Shown here piece by piece: positions 55,732-64,000 of a stretch of 64,000 bases of DNA. Numbering within the stretch: the stretch's first letter is position 1; each line of letters opens with the position of its first letter. The DNA lies in the NCBI GenBank assembly GCA_977862235.1, contig OZ374558.1, forward strand, positions 2,170,001 through 2,234,000, in the 5' to 3' direction. Source of the DNA: Dudresnaya verticillata (lineage: Eukaryota). The translations under genes were made by a program, and so were the position numbers. Below the pieces are notes generated by a model, which saw only the letters and a program-made list of their open reading frames with translations, made no database searches and was not told the DNA's origin.

Positions 55732-58635
55732 CTATTGGGCAGTTTTGCCCCCGGCCCCTGCTTCCGGCTGAGCAGTCATCGACGACGCAAAGCCAGGGGC
55801 GGAGGGGTCATAACCGGTCGCCTCGGCCGCAGCGCGCGGCTGAGTTGGCGCGGCAGCGCCCGCCGCGGTACCCGACGCGTGGTACACCGCAGCGGCGCCA
55901 GCGGCAGCGGCCGCTAACCCAGCAGGGCTCACTTGCCCCACTGGGGGACCATACCCCTGCGGCATGTAGCCCGCGGGGACGGGCGCAGCGGCGCCCGGCT
56001 GCTGTGGGACTCCACTGCCCTGCACCACCATCGACGGGGTGTAGCCGGAAGGGCCCCATGGGAGCATCTGGCCAGCGGGCCCGACGGCATGAGGCAGCAT
56101 CGGTTGCTGCGCAGCCTGCGCTGGCGCATATGACGTCATCGGCTGCTGCGTCGGCGCCAGCATCGGGGGCGGCTGGTACTCCTCTCGTGGCCGCTTGCCG
56201 AGGGACCCGACGACTGGGGAGGAATGGGCAGCGCGCCTCAGTTCCCCCTGCAGTCGTTGCGCATCGTGCGCAAACCTTTCCCGCTCGGTGCGGTAGCGAA
56301 GGGCGATGGCGTTCGCAGCGGCGAGATCGTCATGCGTTCCCGTTAGGTGGGCCGCAAAGGCGGCAACGAGAGTGCGCAGCGGCGCGTCCTCACCCAACTG
56401 CACCAGCACAGCGGCGCGGCGTACATTTTGGTCGCTCCAGAGGCTCGTTGCCATCGGCGCATCGAGCGCATCGGTTGTGGGCGGCGGCACATAGGCAGCC
56501 ACCGCCATCGATGGCGGTGGGCCATACCTCACCGCCTGCCTCGACGGCGTATAGGCAGCGGGCAGCGGGTCGACTGCTGCCTGCTTCTCCTGACCTCCAC
56601 CCATGGCAGCGGCCGGGGGAGATGGTGCCACAGCATGAAGTGCTGGTGCCGCGGCACGCGGCACCGGTGGCAAGTAGGACTCTGCCTCCGAGGCCATAAC
56701 GGCAGCGGCCGACTTGGATGCCCCACCTAGCCCCCGACGGGCGCGCGGCTTAGCGGCCCGCTCGACGCGGGCCATATCCGCCATCGAGGCGTAGCCACGA
56801 TCCTTCCGCGGCGCCCGTGCGCGTTGGATCTTGTGAAAGGTCCCCGCCACTGGGTTGACCCCGCAAATGAACGCATCGACGCGTGTTGAAAAGTGGCGGC
56901 GACGGGTGTGCTTCTCTCTGGCAGCGGCGACGAAGCGCGTCGTGTTCAGCAGCTGCTTGAACTCGAACGTCACCGATGTGTTGTCCGGGCCTGCCGCGCC
57001 TCGGAGGCGTGGGAAGCCCGAGCGCCCGCTGCGCAACAGTACATCGAGGTACACCAAAATGCGGTCGTCGAGGACCCAGCAAATTTCCTTCGATAGGATG
57101 TCGGAGGCGTACCGACGCCCCACCTCAAAGGAATACTCGCTGGAGCGCCTAGCGAGGAGCTCTCGACGAACTTCCTCATTCCCCGCCGCGGCGTAGTGGA
57201 AATACCGCTCGATGCTGGGCCACGGGACGATCATGCCAGCGGGCACGTCCCGGTGCGAATACCACTCCGCGGAGGGAAACCACGATGCGTCGAGCGCCGG
57301 GTGCAAGCGGGCACCCGTGGTGATGAGCCCATCACCGGGGGCGCGGCAGGTGGCCCAGTCCCGATCCCCCATGCACAGCCCGAGGAGGCGGCGCGCGCAG
57401 TCGGCATCGGCCAGACCGCGCGCCTCCTCCGGCGTCTCCTCGATGGGGACGTCCCTCAACCAGGCCAACGAGGCCGCGAGGGGCTTGTGGGACCCATCGA
57501 CGGGTTTCACAAAAAGGGCTTCGGCGCCGCTATCCACGATCAGCAGCTGCTTGATCGTGGTGACGAACGAAACGTTGCACGGTAGGCCGTTCGGTACGAG
57601 CCATACCGGCGATGCGGGCATGAAGGCGTTCTAGGCAGCGGCCCCGCCATCGTCACTCGCATCTGCCACGCGCAGGAGACGTTGGACGTCAATCATTTGC
57701 ACGGGCAACCGACGCCACTGGTCCAGCGGGATCTGGTGGCGCGGTGCCTCCCACGCGAAGACAGTGGGAGGCAATGCGGCTACATTGGGCACCGCGACAC
57801 CGAGTCGCTGGGGCCCAATCGTCAGAGACACCCCTCGCATGGTGATCACCGGCAGAGGGGGAGCCACGGCAGCGGCCGATGACGACTCGATGGCAGCGGC
57901 CACGCTTGTGCCAGGGGCGGTCGACGCCCCTGCTCCGGGGTCGCCTTGCGCCGATGCGCTAAGGCCCCGGCGGGGCACGAATGGAGCCGCAGCGGGCGGC
58001 ATCCTGCTCCCCCTTGACGCGGAGGCCGTCGACGACCCCGTCAGATCAAGGGCACGGGCCACGGGTGGCGCATCGATGCGCGGAGCAGCGAAGGGCACAG
58101 CTACCGGAGCCGCCTCCTCTCGGCATGGAGCGGCAGCGGCCGCCCCACTCCGGTCCAAGCCCCCCAATCCTCGCAGCGGCGTGTCTTGGGTGGCCACCTC
58201 GACCTCCTCGTAGCTCGACAGAGGTCGGGTCGCCTTACCCCGGGCCAGCGCAGCGGCTGCTGGCTCCGGGAGCACTTGGGCGGGAGACGTGTCAACCGCA
58301 GCGGCGGGGCGCATCTCCGATGTCTTGGCGGGCGCAGCGGCGCCCGCTCCAATTTGGTCAGCAGCTGCTGGACCGATATGCACAGCGGCGCCGGCCCCAG
58401 CCGCCGAAGCAGCAGCGAGGCCACTGGGCACCGAGGCCGCCACCGCAGCGTGCGGTGGGCGTGGCAGCGCAGCGGCGCTTTCCCCAAGCGCATCCTGCGC
58501 CTGGGGTTGCTGGGCATCTACCACCGCTTCCGCTGATGCAGCCGTCGATGGCGCACCAGCGGGCAGCGGCGGCGTGGTTGCGGGCACCCCTTCGTCAGGG
58601 GCGCCCCGGGTGGCAGACGAGCGCGTCTTGGCCAT
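55732..58635 (-). pseudogene. Antisense accessory ORF (~967 codons, one internal TAG at 57631-57633), unknown family
   Basis: ORFs 57631..59025 and 55732..57621 are in the same frame, separated by TAG AAC GCC TTC ATG. Likely start MAKTRSS at 58635. Ala/Pro-rich N-terminus, globular-looking core, coiled-coil-like stretch (HDDLAAANAIALRYRTERERFAHDAQRLQGELRR) and Pro/Gln/Gly-rich tail. Confidence 0.75.
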
Positions 58636-58939
58636 ACCGCACGTCGACGTGGGCACTCGCGTCGAGCGAAGGGGGGCGGAGAAGGCGTAGCACAATACAC
58701 ACATACGACAGCGGTCACTGGTGTGATGAAGCGTGTGGGCGAAGGGGGGGTCGTGGAGAGCGATACCCGCAACCTCCCCAGCGCCGACTCTGCATTGATC
58801 CTTATATGCGCAGCGAGGCAGACGGGCGAGCACGCGCATACACCGTCGACGGGCGCGCGTGCCAATCACTGTCAACGGCCACTCGGGATTGCCATCGTGG
58901 CCCCGAACCTCAACGGCGGTGAGCGGGGCGCTCACGCTT

Positions 58940-58948
58940 GAGGGGGGG
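58940..58948 (+). promoter_or_regulatory. Polypurine tract (PPT)
   Basis: GAGGGGGGG ending 3 nt upstream of the 3' LTR TG. Confidence 0.9.
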
Positions 58949-58951
58949 CCG

Positions 58952-59725
58952 TGTAGTATAGCTGTCAGCACACTATCAGCAGCGGCTGTAAGGTATGCTG
59001 GCAGCCCTGCACTGTAAGGGTGCACACGATGACGCCCACTGGCGAGTCGTGGTTGGGCAGCGTGCCCTTAGTTTTTTCGTTGAATTAGTAGCGGTCGGCC
59101 GCATTGCTGCCGGCAGCGGCCGCGCGCCGTGCCGCACACGGCGCGCCCCTGTGACGCTCTCCGGCATCGAGCCGTTGAGAGGGCCGCTGCCCGTTACGCC
59201 CCGCGCGCGCCCACGGGTAACCGTTACCCGGACGTGTCGACACGTGTATGGGCGCGCGCTCGCACACCTCCCGCGTTGGTGTTGTGGGGCGCACCTACTG
59301 TAGAAGTAGTCGTAGTGCACATAGTGTAGGGTATTTAAGACCGTCGGCCATCGACGGCTCTGTAAACCGGGCAAGCAACAGCTCGCGCTGAAGCTTGCCC
59401 CCAGCCTTTTCGGGTTCGATCCCTTTGCCTTACGCCAGCGGGCGGTTTCCCTTTTCCCCCTTGCCTCGCTAGTCTTTCCCCTTTCCTTTTCCTTTCCGTC
59501 GGCTTCGTGCCGCCCTTCGACAGGGACGCTGGGATCCGGCCGCTGCCTATCCGCGTAGGGTACGCCCCGTGCGCGCTCCGGCATCGACGCCGTCGATCCG
59601 CACGTGCGGGGCGCACGCGGCCGACACCGCTCTACCAACCCCAACAGCTACCCATCGACGGGTCTGTGTGGCGGCTTCGGACCAGCAAGTATCAGACGTC
59701 GGATCGACCCGACGTCTATACTACA
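58952..59725 (+). repeat. 3' LTR (774 bp)
   Basis: Direct repeat of 46869-47642 with the same length and termini. Confidence 0.97.
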
Positions 59726-60099
59726 GCGCCGAGCCCAGACAGGTCACCCTTGCGCCAGCAGCAGCGGCAGCAGCGCAAGAGGGGGCAGCAGAACGCTGAT
59801 TCCGGCACATCGATGCGCGCAGGGCAGCTGCCAGCTAACCAAGCCTGGGGCAGCGGCCCCGGGCTGATCGCACGCACTCGCAAGCGGCGAGGAGACGCAG
59901 CCGCTACCTCTCCTTCGCGCGTGACAGGCGTCGACGCCTCACGAACGCAAGGTAAGGGGCGCTAACCAGCGGCTACAGAAGTCGCTAACCAGCGCCGCGC
60001 ACGCGGCGCTACCTTCGCTCACGCCAGTGCAACCCAACGCGCCAGCCGTAGCGGCTGCTGCGCCCAAGGCCGTTGCTGTCGAAGCGAAGTGGTGTGGGA
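59726..60099 (+). mobile_element. Diverged internal fragment of another copy of the same Gypsy family
   Basis: Matches ~54747-55168 (CCGAGCCCAGACAGGTCACCCTTGCGCCAGC ... AAGCGAAGTGGTGTGGGA) with substitutions and a ~50-bp deletion near 60060. Confidence 0.93.
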
Positions 60100-60554
60100 A
60101 GTAAACTCCCGGCAAGCCGGCCTTGGTCCAGACTACCCTTCTCGCGCTACGCGTACCTACCCGCTAGCCTTGAGGCCCAAGCGTCCCTACTGCGCTTCCG
60201 CATCCGCACTGCGTCCAAGATGTGTTCCTTTCTCCCCTCCTTTTCCCTCTTGTTCCCTTGTTTTCCTTTTACCGCCCAGGGCGTTTACAGTCTGCCCTCG
60301 GCGAGTTCCCTTTTCTCTACCACACCTACCCGCTTCAAGCGGCTACCCACCGGACTCCGAACGGTCCGGGGGTGCAGTCCGTCAATAGACGCGTTTGCAC
60401 CACACTTTGGTCGCAGAAGTAATCAGGTCGCGCTCACTACCCCGCAGGGGCAGTTCTGGAGTCGACGCTAATCAAGAGAAAGGTCTCCGAACCTTAGGAG
60501 ATCTGAGTCAAGAACGGCTTGTGAGTCGTTGGGGTACTAGGGCGCCATATCGAG

Positions 60555-62837
60555 ATGGCTCCGCCAGACTTGGTATATGGAACGGCAGGCTCTAGTGCCA
60601 ATGTCTTAGGACATGAGGTAGATGCGGCTGGAGTGCCGTTAGTGATCTCCCACAGCCGCGACTGGCTCTTGCGTACCGACCTAACACATCTAAAGATGCG
60701 GGCGGGAGCTAGTCACGAGGAGATTCGCTGCATCGGAGGAAGGATGGCTCAGAGCCTTGTATGGAATCGCCTCATGCGAACTCGCGTTGGCATTCTGACC
60801 GGCACGAACAGGTGCATCCCGTGTCTTGATGGCGACGCGGAGACACTCCAGTGGGATCTGGCCTTCGTGAGTTTTAGACACGAGAGGGATTCGAGCAATA
60901 ACTTGACCCAGAAGTTAACTTCGCAAGCCGCTCTGTTGTATGAGATTCACCAGAGCGGCGAGTGGGACCTTCGACTGGTCATGCATGAGCGTCCTCTCAT
61001 TCGGCAGGGGAGGGACCACTTCCCATATACAATGGCCCGCGTCGTGCGGTGGGATGAATCGCCCAACTTAAAATATGCATTGGATAACGCACAGACGGAT
61101 ATGCTGTTGGAACATTCCCGCTTTGAGCGGAAGCAACGTCACAAGTCCGGATGCCTCATCCCGTATCACTGCCAAGAGCTGACGTCTATCAAGCCGGAGT
61201 GGTACAACGGGAAGTATCCGCAAGTACCTGATGACCACAAGAACTTTGAGGTCTCGTACTACATGCTGGTCGGAACTCCGACGATCATCGCATACCTCGC
61301 TCTCGAGATGATGGCGAAAGCCATAGATGACAGCGTGCTCTGGAGTATCTTCCGTCACGAGTGGGTTGTGCTCGTCGTACAGACCTTGGTCTATGAGGCT
61401 CGTCGAGGCCTGTTGTATTTCATCGGCCAGCCGCTACGAGAGGCCATTCGTGCTTTGCGCCTGAAGGATTTGACTGCGGTCGCCAATGACTCCAAGGACT
61501 TAGAATCCCTACTCATCTTCATAGAGCGAATTCGCTGGAGCTAGATTTCCAAGAGGAACCGACACCTTCCGGATAACACCGGCCACATGACTCCGGTCTT
61601 CAATCGTGAAGACTGAGTGGATTTTGATCCTCAGAAGTGGCATCCACTCTTACTAGAGTATCTTATCCAGCCGGAGCCGTCCGCGGCTCAACCCCTGGTT
61701 CTTGATGAGTGGACTCGTATAACCGGCGTCACTGCTGGTTGGGTTGGTTCCCGTTGGCGAGACTTGGGTCCTCAGACGCTGAGCAGGTTCCGGTTTACGA
61801 CGAGACAGTCGGTGGGCAGCCACAGGGACCGCATGCCCAACCTGCTATGGGCTATTCGAAGGCCGACCACGTTATTAGAGACGTCTTCAATAGACGTGGG
61901 TTAGTCATCCGGCTTGCTTGCCCTTGGGACATGAGTCTTCTCAACATACATAGTCTGAAAGACTGGTGGAGGAGGTCATGTTGGATTATGGGTCCAATTG
62001 GTTGCAGATTCCCGGCCCGGCCGACGAGATGGAGCGTCTGCAGGCTCACTTCGCCGATTTTCCTTCTCTGTCGGGCCGTTCGCGGGGCGGGGATGTGAAA
62101 CCGCGTCGCGGTATTGGCCACGCTGGCGCGTCTGGCATCAAACAAGAGTCGACTAGAGTCGAAGACAAGAATCCTCTTGCTAATACGAGTGAGGATCCCG
62201 CGGCGATTCCGCGTGAGGAGTCATCCAAAACCGGCATGCAAGCGACAGCTTCAGCTGTTACGTCGGTTACCATTCCTTCGGTGGCGCTCGTTTCAACTTC
62301 TACTACGATAACAGCGGTGGCGGATCCGAAACTTGCGGCACCGACTACGGGTTTACCCGGCTTCGCCCCTATGGGCGAGTTCCTTGGGGCAGACGTTCCT
62401 CGCCGTGGCTCTCAAGCCACAGAGGAAGTGTTGACCGGGTGGATGCTGGAGCACCTGTGCCACAGGATAGGGAAACTGAGGGCTCGAAGCTCGCTGTCGA
62501 CGAACCGGATTGCTCCTCTCACGTGAACAAGGTCGCAACCTCCTCAGACGACGTAATTATCAAGACTGAATTAGGCATCAGGGAAGAGGACGAAGAGCAG
62601 CCCGCTGCAAGCGATGTATTAACGAGCGGCTTAGACTCGATTGACATCGATGCAACAGTGACTGGCAGTCGGGTAGCTAATGAGGAAGCGGGGTCCGGGC
62701 TCGGCCGGGGTTCCCGCCGCTTGGGACGTGTACGTCGCATGATCCTCGAAGTGCGTAGCGTCGTCATTTTTCATACGGCTCCGCAGCCGGACCCGCCTCC
62801 CGGCGAGGAAGAGTTCATCGACCTTTTGTCTGATTAA
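60555..62837 (+). pseudogene. Degenerate long ORF, probably the accessory ORF of another (minus-strand) retroelement
   Basis: The protein-like 329-aa ORF continues in frame past TAG (61542) and TGA (61614) into VDFDPQKW. Frameshifted pieces follow at 61966-62526 and 62439-62837, ending EEEFIDLLSD*. TE origin is inferred from context. Confidence 0.55.
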
Positions 62838-63381
62838 GCCGCTTGATGGCTTATAGTAACCACCCTTTCCCTAGTGTCCGCTGGCTGAAAGCCATTGCAA
62901 TTCGCCTGACTTGGGCAAGATCGGCTTAACCGCTAAACTAAAGTCCTGATTTTTTATCACGGGCGGCTGAGAGCCGATCGAATCACTCTATTTCTCCTTA
63001 TCGTTAGCACGGCAGCGTATTGTGGGGTTGATCCTCCAAGGGCCCCTTTTCGAATGGGCGGATCCGATGCGCGTGCTACCGTTCGGGTCAACACCGCGCC
63101 TCGTGCTTGTAGCTTACACATGTACCTTGACGCAAATGTGGATAGTGCTCTTTGGATGAGTTAACTCAGAGAAACTGTCGCCATTGTTGGGAGTAGCTTG
63201 GCACCACAGCGCGGACCGTGGCACCGAATCGTTGGGACTAATTTGATTCGTGGCTTATTCCGCCTTCTTGAGGGGAGCAGGGTGAGATGAGACGATGCCA
63301 GCAACGACCCATCCCCCTCTACAGTAGCAGAAATGAGTACTGTAGCGGTGGAGCGATTTGGCGCCAACTCACGGGGTGCCA

Positions 63382-63465
63382 TGTTTGACGAATTCTAATT
63401 CGTGAATGAGTGACTCAGATGAATTGATTCGTGAAGAATTGCACAGACGAATTTGATTCGTCGTC
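63382..63465. repeat. Cluster of three imperfect palindromic GA(C/T)GAATT-n-ATTCGT motifs, possible TE terminus
   Basis: GACGAATTCTAATTCGTG, GATGAATTGATTCGTG and GACGAATTTGATTCGTC follow a TGTT start. Confidence 0.45.
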
Positions 63466-64000
63466 CAATCCGCCTCCATGCTCTGGGGTGGCCAGGGATC
63501 GACACGGCACCAGCGAAGGCCCTCGTTTCGTTGTAACTCTGGCTCAGACCTTCTATAGAGGTGGTGTAGACCATATTCGCAGCCTACTTCTCAAAGAAGG
63601 TGAGGGAGAGGGAATTCTCACGCCTTCCTCTAGATCGTGTCGCGGTTGCTAGGTTCCAAAACGGCTTTCTCTGTCTACGGCTTGCGATCGGTTTGGTTGC
63701 AGAGCTTTGGGTTAACCACATTGGCTATAGCACCCCAGCCGTTTCACTTCAGTCAACGGGTAAAGTTTCTAATAGACGTTCCAGTCTTCCGCTTACCCTG
63801 TTGGAGAGCTGATTAGCTCTATTGGTTTCGACGCCGGTGGTTTGGCCATGGCCGTTAGCGGTCCTAAACGCAGGCGGAGATGCCGTCCCTCTATAGCGTT
63901 ATTGGCTATATGTCGATAAAGCCATTTGCAATAGCCATCGCAAAAACGCACCCCGATATGCTTAGAGCATATTGTAGTTGTATCCGCTCAACACCTAGGC

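Larger units (their letters stand above)
46869..59725 (+). mobile_element. Ty3/Gypsy chromodomain LTR retrotransposon, 12,857 bp, structurally complete but defective, with an extra antisense ORF region
   Basis: Two 774-bp direct repeats (TGTAGTATAG...CTATACTACA), domain order PR-RT-RH-INT-chromo, and a PPT before the 3' LTR. Confidence 0.97.

Noticed and set aside
55732..57621. env gene (errantivirus-like)
   Set aside because: Antisense orientation, with no evident signal peptide or transmembrane anchor.
63100..63380. Degenerate minus-strand chromodomain/pol end
   Set aside because: Only faint resemblance requiring several frameshifts, so it is not supportable.

Overview
Eukaryotic repetitive DNA with no clearly intact host gene. 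(1) 1-45611: head-to-tail array of a 6,044-bp unit (7 full periods plus 3,303 bp). The window starts inside the array, and I saw only about 8 SNPs and no indels between copies. The unit is degenerate genic-looking DNA containing an older ~600-bp internal duplication with a Tudor-like module and two small TSD-flanked non-LTR retroposon 3' ends. (2) 45612-46868: remnants of older LTR elements, including a minus-strand chromodomain fragment. (3) 46869-59725: a structurally complete but mutationally inactivated 12.9-kb chromodomain Ty3/Gypsy element (774-bp LTRs, gag-PR-RT-RNaseH-INT-chromo). It carries a ~4.3-kb extra segment between two copies of the polypurine tract, encoding a ~967-codon antisense ORF of unrecognised family. 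(4) 59726-64000: a fragment of an older copy of the same family, a degenerate plus-strand ORF sharing a motif with the antisense protein, and further probable TE remnants. The element style is reminiscent of red-algal genomes, but that is only an impression. The strongest novelty candidates are the antisense accessory ORF family bracketed by a duplicated PPT and the very young 6-kb macrosatellite.
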